Below, in pieces: positions 31,701 to 38,229 of a stretch of DNA of 64,000 bases. Location: IMG/VR virus record IMGVR_UViG_3300013104_000022, positions 31,259-95,258 of that record, one strand, 5' to 3'. The notes beneath the pieces were generated by a model. The model did not search any database and was not told the DNA's origin. It saw only the letters and a list, made by a program, of their open reading frames with translations. The position numbers were made by a program, and so were the translations under genes. Every line of letters starts with the position of its first letter. The stretch's first letter is position 1. The DNA is from a virus.

Positions 31701-32410
31701 AGAACCTGACCGGCTGGCATGTCTGCCAAAGAGGAAGAGACCTCAGGAGCATCCTTCTTAGAATCTTCGGAGTCGAAGACAGAGGGAACGTAGTCAGTGT
31801 CCGTAAGATCGCCGTTGAGCTTTTCAACGAGAGCTTCCATGTACACTTCGGGGAACTTGACTTCGCCCTTGGACATGAAGACGTGACCCTTACCCTCAGG
31901 GTCGATGAGGAAAGCGCGGTCGTCCTTGGTCTTAGAACGGAAGAGCTTCGATCCTTCAGGAACGTTGAATTCCTTGTCACCGATCTTGAACTTCTTCGGT
32001 CCCGACAAAGAAGAATTTTCTACCTTAGCCTTTGGCTTGGGCTGAACTACAGCCGCGCCGTTGGCTTGCATCAATTTCTTGTTTGTTCCGGAGACCGGAG
32101 TCGGAAGCATCGAACCGGACTTATCAGCGGCCTTGTCAGGTACAGGCCCAGAGGGAGTCTGCGTGGTCTTTACAGACCCCGGCTTCATCTTTCCGGTCTG
32201 GGGATCATACTTTGTACCTAGGGTACCTACACCGCCAGAGCCGCCAGAAGACGAGGCAGAACCTTCCTTAGCGGAGGCGTGCTTCTTCTTGGCACGGAGA
32301 ATAGCGTCTGCGGTAATCGGAGCACCGATGGGCAGGTCGAAGTACGCCGATCCACCAGGGGTACGGACCTTACGGATGCCCGCGAGCTTTACGAAAAACT
32401 CTTCAGTCAC
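22700..32410 (-). CDS. Giant 3236-aa multidomain head-region protein (repeats + HipA/PI3K-like kinase + ART-like C-terminus)
   Basis: Uninterrupted ORF between portal and protease. Kinase motifs AVFKP, NDDTHHRN, GIDKG. C-terminal GGLLST..R / GGADYVFSRV / NEVMIK. Confidence 0.85.
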   Translation of the reverse strand: MTEEFFVKLAGIRKVRTPGGSAYFDLPIGAPITADAILRAKKKHASAKEGSASSSGGSGGVGTLGTKYDPQTGKMKPGSVKTTQTPSGPVPDKAADKSGSMLPTPVSGTNKKLMQANGAAVVQPKPKAKVENSSLSGPKKFKIGDKEFNVPEGSKLFRSKTKDDRAFLIDPEGKGHVFMSKGEVKFPEVYMEALVEKLNGDLTDTDYVPSVFDSEDSKKDAPEVSSSLADMPAGQVLRDSELTPQFVKQEDGTWKHADLDIDITSDKLQPLVDSGELQATSPEQDDELQDVGVPKEIDFGKFETKEEFDAEISQYEAGDQLVLDKGEEVDPDILTKTEEGNWTSATGAPVHPAVMFALKDKLSGISPEGQKGDQEKITPASVEADDVPDFIPDPEDTKPLNAKSKTAEAPVAAEKTDTPATTPKSAPKSSETPSKAAEAPFVDPFPFVDLDGARWKSEQSFTEEGGNAAELEKAPRSKEEYLASKPTSFSTEDWMSQAPQPKAAPEKPKVTKIKIGDLKKGDEVGGGTILEIGTDPKNKKKVAVKYKSNKNGTVKYGSWWKNSDIQIYPADAPVEGETDFKGIPNAKKFDGDLTSLKKGEFVFIKTSDEFNSFEKVNGSWFRRDGDPWNPDSALPLNVSDETLSIYLGNKAYVTDSLGNSAIQAKNAKLSKEKLEKLKVDGLSDGELDDLEAGSVIAVDHDPNKSPKNFVKTNNGQWIDHNGYFHNTSGITKGKKEVLEGEDADNFKAGISDALGKDAWLKAEPMSAEEEIDNSIQQSIAETADLAPAEPKGVKNFLTTGEKTPPSVPKDWKLFFPQSVVDVPVGDKIIIIGQKDGSSLKFERTKTGWREGDTDYEWSTEDLLYNAPGSQFDYWTNDGAPDDFVNEDGIADGKSIKEGTELDVSSVEEVTQLPSNMSLDVGGKKFAPSDNGLVDTATGAPITQADLKGKKVVVDSVIPVGDNPVPFTVPATGEVVQPGTPITTDVEFASMPLGAQVHMGTDDVKGVIFTKSSWFNYSAPGFDILVPQDDLVMNLHDGIPATYIGMGPIPGEEILADWEKELLEVPYGSLGKFEKAEIVEALNSLESHSGFQISYGLKAVPDNKIAKNQAVLKELAQKEFPELKPKPAFVAYLKKYGSIQEAKAVKIGQTKVYKIGAEAPKKTGVQGWDGGDFTAEDIQDAINILESFQGKNFKSELNKKGNALGKLDPNPIVGFNKDKSVTKQKFIDHLKEVLGDDDPVADIEDKADQAVVDNLASIADGIDAPTPEASESKLSKMKLPSIAEMADNIVMPDSTIAPDKNVFGKAIYKSIASGETIPAMSNAFDYYPLGTVIGSESGNTSFKKLSGGTWESSNGTIYDQSDIKALLDGQTFSSAWQVKSIPDVWGLEKSDLDAISINKPEKNEVLDVDAGDPADDKIEDVVFDDSSTKVGDKLTPAILATAPAGTKLINPELDTEEKQEKYSFTMLENGMWKANASGAEYSGEDVWVHYAANLEVGEVPNTTPDSVPETFEIVLNKATVHDIETAPLGKTLWDSQTPQGAFVKNFDSSWTVMYGDKNYNMTTASILDANIPLYHEKPEKVNSESLEGLPDGTALKVLKKNNSTHLVKHPDSWYVHNDSGEKMYPIDSPSVKNLADEGLYMYKSGTDELSAPSATPEETNKVSAGKYTTTGKVFMYVNEDGSGVYVDKSGKPKKLTPNAVQKNYDGGMNKFLGDSEAAPSLNESVLTKPAPKKAKKAEGIPDGEYFIGLPASGKATKIVVKDGTYTQFKPLTGKGVKVGGEINNSWLNDAPDGAQYAFSKYDYSLGKTISKTFTKTHGKWLNDETAEEANDTDEKYWANNTITHLGYGDPSPAQKKSLETKFAQGALLDQYATSIVPEGYSGSLLFLGGTTTGQQLADILKNTSDPVKDWKATTLKLVGLTIDNNTAVRFLKDQGVDLSDYDSKMQMGKYFHKYAQDITDGIDVEEHESNAAELFTFDGIGQAEMPLFVAANPITYDFSAKEATDWVNTASSFFGDGNIIGQHLASKGDKIQWGQHLAQGNFKEMYDLEVSGASQKGIPHVAGYLHPGYVGNKDTNKITWGAAVKGEVPAGGEVEGSWTTLNTQKWSAPELDNYLIKAQMQNPQHLSASEKRSWVQWHKNGNKSFVDSLSAKAAWRAQQGDTELSDPPVWTEGIVPAKSYDYLFDDAKYPGTQAWGDAGYQVAHDWMGDNKKNEDFLNFWKTTGASHVGYSSYVNENPYDVIGPYDKLNLVSAYFDEKEAEYQAELLKPVYSMVKKLAGGQNTTWLLRDQFERKAVFKPIAHNKGSEALFRVEVENAGNNLGLAAGFHVPESSIGQVGEDTGQIQKFIENQGDFSGIDLTTLTDTQLAQVAGHQVLDYFLQNDDTHHRNLMLDKDGNVVGIDKGRAFLAYGTYEGLAPDPKNSHMSYNMLSSDNLVYAVMIDRMRKGDFTPEQAREAYLGAMKAARRINRMSDEQVSELVREGVKNRPANKWGYKDYHYFAGKDVLDKVPNNSDELVERVLEYKADIPEKVQAMYDAVFEAAGWDKPEMPKEAIPGHTSGWQEESTVEKALATKVFGNSALHSSGSIVGGSSLVWTETDTSDKEVVKGSLKIGKFLGKQLGQTLQSLTQGSSKKVTVSTDSNASSFPDTKALKSAISAAGKNLTKNINLSPDNKNFDPAVWAAFDENAKKVDSDLEFYTPELLDSSEDVKFPSGNIVPANYVSQYHMALLHYKGQIEKVNKAKENDTPTNKADFTQYTVTPLNGKFVTYTNPKKGEQYKQLNNEKFVYVSTKGGLKTSIVNSLPDDAKALKGGWTAEGVSVDEPVSPVKVKLVASHVASGELSQSGVFKQDGGKTTKAQTGSQFEMTLPTGEVIAFRNYDYTNAFESQNNKLFFQTAGDDHQASLARIEEYLATLDVDMSGAEDPEVLYWRSMFHRVVASGAGGSKISAAREKVMKKAKEGAQKLGKSNYGVGIHDTGEAIAMAFPEEELSFYRNLANETWGTDHVAKFLSEDRHLPKYQHMNLNDGSLNTGHAYWERIDVELEELQKQGTLLAVAAKGKDDAILRYITSGGLLSTEVRSRMAPHTGASQSEDQNRGGADYVFSRVTKGNNALTSMGNLNKGKHTVFLSPEVLLHNDTYGYESDNFGATDAMQNSNYDPKKLLNMTDSTNEVMIKDTLSILDYIELMVFDKAEKRNEAIQRLKALGWEKIRGLPVEDRLVMRQNLEQAITKVKASWK

Positions 32411-32504
32411 TAGCTGTGCTCCAAGTCAGGAAGATTCTTTACAGTCTCAGTCTATCGTACCAGAGACAGAAAATTCTTACTTTTGAAAGAACCTTGTGAA
32501 CCTA

Positions 32505-32864
32505 CTATCGGACAGAGGACATGATACGGCTGAGTGCCGTAGACATTCTCTGCGTAGAGGTCGCATTTCGATACTCATCCATCTCGCGGGCGAAGTCTCC
32601 GAGGAGTTCCTTCATACGAGAGGTGTTACCGAGCTTCCGTGCTACAAGAATCTGTCTCCTGAGGGAGCGTAGCCTAATCATCGACGCCTGTCCAGGGGAT
32701 GTGTCTGCCCTGCGGACAACACCACCGGAGGCGCTACCCACAGGGGAGCCAACCTGAGAGGTCTTCGACAAGTCGGGATCGGTGCCAGGAGTAATAGTGG
32801 AGCCGATAGGCATACCGAACTTCTTGGCACCTCCGAGGGTGCGAACCTTGCGCTCAGTCGTCAT
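32505..32864 (-). CDS. 119-aa basic protein sharing an N-terminal motif with the giant protein
   Basis: RKVRTLGGAKKFGMPIGSTIT; ATGA overlap with the portal gene. Confidence 0.75.
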   Translation of the reverse strand: MTTERKVRTLGGAKKFGMPIGSTITPGTDPDLSKTSQVGSPVGSASGGVVRRADTSPGQASMIRLRSLRRQILVARKLGNTSRMKELLGDFAREMDEYRNATSTQRMSTALSRIMSSVR

Positions 32865-34375
32865 GACTTGTCTTCTTCCTCAGGGTCAGGAAGAGTGCCG
32901 AGAGCGTCCAATTGGGCGTCCATGTCCTGCACAATAGCCTCAGGATCAGTAGGCATTCCGGGGTTGCCTTCAGGGTCTAGTCCCATAGCGGCGTTCTGCT
33001 GAGCGGCGAGAGCGGCGGCTTCTTCTTCCTCACGCTCTTCCACGGCCTCGTAGTCGATTTCGAGTCCCATGTCCTCTGCGACGTGCTTCTCAAGCTCGCG
33101 CATGAACTCAGGTGTGAAGTTACCACCTGTAGTAACAGCAAGCTTGTCGAAGGTAGAGGAAATAGCCTGACGCTGTTCATCCGTGAGCTTGCCCCATGTG
33201 AACTTAGGGTACTTGCCCGAGGTGAAGTTCCAGTCCACCAACTGCGGGATGATGTAGTGGTTGATCTGCGCGGCGATCTCATTCATGATTGCTCGAAGCA
33301 TGAGCAAGAACATGTCGTCGCCCGGAGAACCGAAGGAGACTACAGAGCCGCCGCTGTCGCCCGAGCCGGAATCCTCATCGAAGAAGTTCGCGAGGATGGA
33401 CTTGGACATCTGAGAGTTGTGGTGGTTGATTAGGTCAAGGTAGTTGAATTGACCGGCCTCACGCAGAGACTCCACCTTGAAGCCCTCTGGAAGGGCCATG
33501 TACTGAGCCATGGTGAGGTTGGCGAGCTGGCGTCCGAACTCACGGCGCGCGTTGGCAGGAGCGTTCAGCGGAACGGTACCTACTCGCGTACCTACGGCGG
33601 CGCGCTGAGCCGCGAGGTGAGCCGTGTAGTACAGCTTCACCTTCTTGTCATAGTGGTAGAAAGCGCTCTGGAAGAACGAGATTCCATAGAACTTTCGCTC
33701 TTCTTCGTTTGCGGCCCAGTAAAAAGAGTACTCAGGCTCAATGTACACATCGATGGACTTACCCGCGATGTTCGCACGCTGACGGAATCCGGCGTATCCA
33801 CCGTTCTTGTCTACGATGAAGGTCACGGTGTCGGCGGGGCGGTAAGCGAGCTTACGGAGAGTGATCTTGCCCTTGAGGGGTCCGTGATCCGGAACCCAGA
33901 AGACCTTCTCGAAGGCGGCGAATCCATCGAACATTCCTTGAAGCACTTGAGCCATGAAACGCTCGAAGGTGACAGTCATGCCACCCTGAGAAGGAGCGGT
34001 TGTGAAAACCTTCTCGATAAACTCTGCTTCTTCTTCTCCGTCTTCGTCCGCTACGAACTTCGCAGAGGACATGGCGGCACGAATCGGCAAAGAGAGAAGT
34101 CGGTACAAAGCTCGTGCCTGTCCGTCCATACGGCGCATAGCGACAAGCTGTCGAGTGTTGGGACCGTAGTCGATCCCGTCCTCACCGATTACTTCCTTGA
34201 GTTCGGCTTCTTTGGCGTTGGTGTGCTTCTTGAGACCGTACTGGTATGGATTGAAGGGCGCGGCGAACGGCAAGTTGAGGTCAGTACCCAACTCAAGATC
34301 GTAGTTCTTCTCATCAGGCTTCTGACCTACGATGTCGCTCGTGGACGACTTCTTGTCGTCTTCATTCTCGGCCAT
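32861..34375 (-). CDS. Portal protein (Mu gp29/DUF935-like)
   Basis: 504 aa after terminase; GFAAFEKVF, MSKSILA and IPQLVDWNF motifs. Confidence 0.9.
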   Translation of the reverse strand: MAENEDDKKSSTSDIVGQKPDEKNYDLELGTDLNLPFAAPFNPYQYGLKKHTNAKEAELKEVIGEDGIDYGPNTRQLVAMRRMDGQARALYRLLSLPIRAAMSSAKFVADEDGEEEAEFIEKVFTTAPSQGGMTVTFERFMAQVLQGMFDGFAAFEKVFWVPDHGPLKGKITLRKLAYRPADTVTFIVDKNGGYAGFRQRANIAGKSIDVYIEPEYSFYWAANEEERKFYGISFFQSAFYHYDKKVKLYYTAHLAAQRAAVGTRVGTVPLNAPANARREFGRQLANLTMAQYMALPEGFKVESLREAGQFNYLDLINHHNSQMSKSILANFFDEDSGSGDSGGSVVSFGSPGDDMFLLMLRAIMNEIAAQINHYIIPQLVDWNFTSGKYPKFTWGKLTDEQRQAISSTFDKLAVTTGGNFTPEFMRELEKHVAEDMGLEIDYEAVEEREEEEAAALAAQQNAAMGLDPEGNPGMPTDPEAIVQDMDAQLDALGTLPDPEEEDKS

Positions 34376-36230
34376 ATAGCTCAGTTCCCGTCATTCCGAT
34401 GGGGAAGCTCATTCCCCCGCCTAGGAAGTAGTCAATATCTTCGTGTCCCTCAAATACAGAAACTTGGGGGCCAACCTCGAAGTAGGGTTCTCCTACGTCT
34501 ACAATCGTCCCCTCTTCATCCTCTTCACCACCGACCATTACGGCACCTACGAGGGAACAAGCGAAAGCGTCCGCGAGGTCTTTAGAGCCGCCCGGTGGGT
34601 GGTCTACCTTGCCGTCGTTATCAGAAAGTGCCTCAATCTCATTCTGAAGCACTTCATTCCACGGCATACGGAGTCGTCCATCCGACCCCACGTCCTTGAG
34701 TGCGCGCCAGATACCCGTGTCCTTATCGGGACTCAGCTTCTCGACAGCGATACCGTGAGCCTCAAGAATCTGCATGGTGTCCGTGGACTGGAAAGAGTCG
34801 AAGGAGACTTGAGCGATGAAGAACCCGCGCTTGATTAGCTCAAAGATGAGAAGACGTACCCACCTAATCTGAATCTCTCGCGGAGGTGTCGCACCGATGT
34901 CTGCCTCGAAGGCAATAGTGAAGTCATTCCTAATGATAGGAACGGACATTGATTCCTCTACCGGTTGTCCTAGTTCGTCTTCGGTAAAGATCGTCTGCTC
35001 TGTCCAGGCCTCGACGTGAGACATGGCAATACCGGCGCGGTCGTTCTTGATCGCGAGGTCACCGTGAATGGCATAACGGGCACCCTGCACCGGCTTGAAG
35101 TCGTCGTCAAAGTGGAACTTCGGTTGCCACGCTACAGCGGGTTCTCCCGAGATAGGCTTGACAATCTCCACAGTTTCGTATTCTACGTGGAGAGGCTGAT
35201 CTGCCTTGTCCACAGCGGTGCGGAAAATCTGAGGGTTTCGGAAGTACGCATTGACAGCACGGCTCGGCTTGCACTCGTACTTTGCGGCGGCTTCGTCCGG
35301 GTTCTTTCGGTAGTCCGACGCGAATTGGTGCTTGCCCTCCACACGAGGGTTCACTTCCCACGTAGCAAGCGGCCCCGAAACGTAGTAGGGGGATACGTCC
35401 TCTCCCACTTCCTCGATGTCCATTCGTCCCTCAAGTGTGAGCTTTTGAATGGTAGAGCCTAGGTAGCGGGGGTAGGAAATAGCGACACGCTTGTAGCTGG
35501 ACGGGAAACGAGTCGATGCAGAGGTCTTCATCATTTCAAGAATTGACTCTGCGGTGGTTGAGGCCTCACGAGCCTTCTTACCCTGACCGACAAGCTCAGA
35601 ACGGCTCTTGAAGGCGTCGATCTCGTCAGCGACACCGAGCATGAGGTTCAGCCCCTCCTGACCCTCAGCTTCCGAGTGACCCGAGACAGCTTCGATATTC
35701 TTCGCATACTGGATAACGTCACGCTTCGGTTCGGACCTGTCCTTGAACCAAGGAGAGTTGTTCACCGCGACGGTCATCGGCTTGAAGAAGGCTCGGTTAG
35801 CCTGACCGGCGTTATACGCAATGTTAAGCAAGTGAATAGAGTCCTGCTCAGGCATGGAATAGTAGCGCTGTGGAGACTTCAGAACCATGAGTAGATAGGC
35901 GACACGGAGGGATGCGACACGAACAGTGTGGTCCTTACCGGCCCCCTTACCCCACTGTGCGGTGATGATGTTGGTCATGCGCACAGGCTCAGCCCAATAT
36001 CCACCGAACTCTGCGGCCATGAGTGGGTATAGCTCTGGCAGGTAGACACGTTCAATATGCTTTACTAGATCAAACTGAACGGGACTAAGCGGCGGGTTAC
36101 CGAGGTACTTGCGGTCCTCTACGAAGACATCGAGGGGTACGGGTTCTTCCTCGAAGATAGCGCTCAAGTATGAGGTATTCAGTGCATCTACGTTGTCTGA
36201 GAACCTATCAGACAGCTTCATGAGAGGCAT
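34362..36230 (-). CDS. terL: Terminase large subunit
   Basis: Walker A GKGAGKD, Walker B VADE, nuclease motifs HGDLA, FDSFQS and DHP..GSKDLADA. Confidence 0.93.
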   Translation of the reverse strand: MPLMKLSDRFSDNVDALNTSYLSAIFEEEPVPLDVFVEDRKYLGNPPLSPVQFDLVKHIERVYLPELYPLMAAEFGGYWAEPVRMTNIITAQWGKGAGKDHTVRVASLRVAYLLMVLKSPQRYYSMPEQDSIHLLNIAYNAGQANRAFFKPMTVAVNNSPWFKDRSEPKRDVIQYAKNIEAVSGHSEAEGQEGLNLMLGVADEIDAFKSRSELVGQGKKAREASTTAESILEMMKTSASTRFPSSYKRVAISYPRYLGSTIQKLTLEGRMDIEEVGEDVSPYYVSGPLATWEVNPRVEGKHQFASDYRKNPDEAAAKYECKPSRAVNAYFRNPQIFRTAVDKADQPLHVEYETVEIVKPISGEPAVAWQPKFHFDDDFKPVQGARYAIHGDLAIKNDRAGIAMSHVEAWTEQTIFTEDELGQPVEESMSVPIIRNDFTIAFEADIGATPPREIQIRWVRLLIFELIKRGFFIAQVSFDSFQSTDTMQILEAHGIAVEKLSPDKDTGIWRALKDVGSDGRLRMPWNEVLQNEIEALSDNDGKVDHPPGGSKDLADAFACSLVGAVMVGGEEDEEGTIVDVGEPYFEVGPQVSVFEGHEDIDYFLGGGMSFPIGMTGTELYGRE

Positions 36231-37043
36231 TTACGGCGACCCGCCGTCCCATACTCCGTCTCCTCCGACACTCATGGCACTCGAAGGCCAGATGTTCCCT
36301 CCTCCGGGGGCGGGAGCAATATCCTCACGAGGTTCATAAACTCTCTCTAGCGCGTCTCGTAGGTCTTCGAGAGCGTCGGCATCCAGAGCGTCGTCGTCAT
36401 CCTTGATAGGAACGTAGGCCTTCTCGACCTCGACAGGATCACCAAAGTCTACTGTGGAGCCAGACACCGAATAAGGAATCTTGAGGTATCGGTAGCCTTC
36501 CGCTCGGAATTCCATGCAGACGATGATGTAGGCTGTCCAAAGCTCGACAATATAGCCGTTACGGCCATGGTGCTCGCCGTCATACTTCAGGTGAGGGTTC
36601 AGGTCTAGGTAGTTGTCTAGACGGTCCTGCTCAACCTGCTCCCACGCCTCGTAGACGTGCTGGGTGTTGAAGTTTGAAATTCGAGAAAGTGCGACGAACT
36701 GCTGTCCGTCCTTCCGACTCGTCAGCATGACTAGCTCATCTCGCTCACGAGAGAGCTTCATCTTCTCCCACTGTGCGAGAGCGGCAGACGCCTTTGCCCG
36801 AGTCTTAGCTGTCACGTCACCGCCGCCAGAGGCCCACTTCTTGACGCGAGACACAGCGATAGCAATAGCCTGACTCGTGGATCGACCGGAGCGCTTAACC
36901 GCTCGGGCGATACGGCAGATGTAGTTAGGCAATCCACCCTTGTGATCTACCCAATTGTCCTTTTCCGGCGTAGTTGCCAGGGAACATGGCGAACCTCCCG
37001 CGAGGAAGAGGACTAGATCATAATCCTTGGCATCGTACGACAT
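36231..37043 (-). CDS. Head-associated hypothetical protein
   Basis: Basic helical domain NWV..KGGLPNYI.RIA...AIAIAV..VKKW plus a C-terminal PYSV....V.FG.PVEV domain. Confidence 0.6.
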   Translation of the reverse strand: MSYDAKDYDLVLFLAGGSPCSLATTPEKDNWVDHKGGLPNYICRIARAVKRSGRSTSQAIAIAVSRVKKWASGGGDVTAKTRAKASAALAQWEKMKLSRERDELVMLTSRKDGQQFVALSRISNFNTQHVYEAWEQVEQDRLDNYLDLNPHLKYDGEHHGRNGYIVELWTAYIIVCMEFRAEGYRYLKIPYSVSGSTVDFGDPVEVEKAYVPIKDDDDALDADALEDLRDALERVYEPREDIAPAPGGGNIWPSSAMSVGGDGVWDGGSP

Positions 37044-37492
37044 TACAGACCCTTCTTGGCTAGTCCCGAGGCAAACGACTGTTGTACAGCCTGACGGGTG
37101 TCCTTCTCTTGAATAAGGGCAATAGCTTCGTTGAACACAGCCACGACATCATTCATAAGCTGTTCGCGGCGCTCAGCCTCGTTGACAGTAAGAAGACGGT
37201 TGAACTCCTGAGTCATGCTGAGCCAGAAGGAGTTGAAGTCCTTTTGGTCCTTGCCCGCGACTTCCCCTGACAACTCCCGGAACTTTAGATATACGTAGTT
37301 GTATGCAATTCGCTCTAGAAGAAGAGTCTGCACGGTGTTCATAGGCATACCGTGGGCTTCGCTCTTGAAACGCATGACGATTTCATCATGAATTTCTTCT
37401 AGCTGAGGGAATGCCTCGACCATGGCCTTAGGCAGGGTGAAGACCTGATCTAGCCGCTCGTCAGCGGTAATCTGGGATTCTACAGAAGTCAT
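37043..37492 (-). CDS. Possible terminase small subunit
   Basis: 149-aa helical protein two genes before terL; TG-n-TAAGAT lies 6 nt before the ATG (leaderless). Function inferred from position only. Confidence 0.45.
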   Translation of the reverse strand: MTSVESQITADERLDQVFTLPKAMVEAFPQLEEIHDEIVMRFKSEAHGMPMNTVQTLLLERIAYNYVYLKFRELSGEVAGKDQKDFNSFWLSMTQEFNRLLTVNEAERREQLMNDVVAVFNEAIALIQEKDTRQAVQQSFASGLAKKGL

Positions 37493-38229
37493 GCACCAAT
37501 CTTACCACTTTCTTGGTACAATGTGGAACTGATTTCTCTCCTGAAGGAGGGAGACGGTCTGAAGTTGCTCTCTGTGCCGTGAGTTCCCACGACTCCGATG
37601 TTATCCACGCGCGAAACTTCGGGGTAGATTCCCACGAACTTCAGAGCCGGAAATACCCGAGTATTCAGATTCTAGTCCCAGCCAGACTGATTTCCGGGGA
37701 AGACGTTGAAAGTGGAGTAGTCGTGGTCCCACGTTGGTGAGATGTACTCAATCCAGTGGTGTCTCCAAGTTCCCCAAATCCAGGGGTTAAACCCAGCCAC
37801 TCTAGCCACTCGGGAGGGATTCGATCCAGTTGGGTCAAAGGACATCCCGTGCACTGTGGCAACGTCGTTGTCTGTCTTGTAGGTCTCTGCGGCCCAGGAG
37901 AAGTATTCAAGGATGTCATCGGAAACAATGAGGTCGTCTTCTGCTCTAACTACAAAGTCGTAGTTATCGTTAATGAACAAGTTTTGGAGAGCTACCCACG
38001 GGTGCTGTAGTACACCGTATCTCTCAGGGTTTACGATAATCTGGGCATCGATATTCACATCTTCCATGAACATCTGAATCTCTTCGATCATGTGTGGGAG
38101 AACGTCAGAAGGCTCAATACTGAAGATTACATCCCAGTCCTTTAGCCCCCTGACTTCGCGCCAGTGGTGAAGAGTCTGTTGGAAATAGTTCACGCGGTCG
38201 TACACCGTGAATACGAGTGCCTTTTTCAC
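37489..38229 (-). pseudogene. GT-A fold glycosyltransferase interrupted by one in-frame TAG (37672-37674)
   Basis: GTG start overlaps the upstream stop; EDD motif; after GWD* the frame continues NLNTRVF...YPEVSRVDNIG..GTH to a TGA that overlaps the next ATG. Confidence 0.75.

Noticed and set aside
34362-36230. Intein or intron in terminase
   Set aside because: Length and motif spacing are normal; no intein splice-junction or homing endonuclease motifs seen.
505-36339. Long plus-strand ORFs such as 2096-2899, 14464-15381, 25253-26419 and 33449-34585
   Set aside because: Antisense shadows of well-supported minus-strand genes, with no recognisable motifs.
37672-37674. Genome-wide TAG recoding
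   Set aside because: TAG is a genuine stop elsewhere (for example 3310, 22139, 32505, 43414), and other long genes are not broken by TAG.
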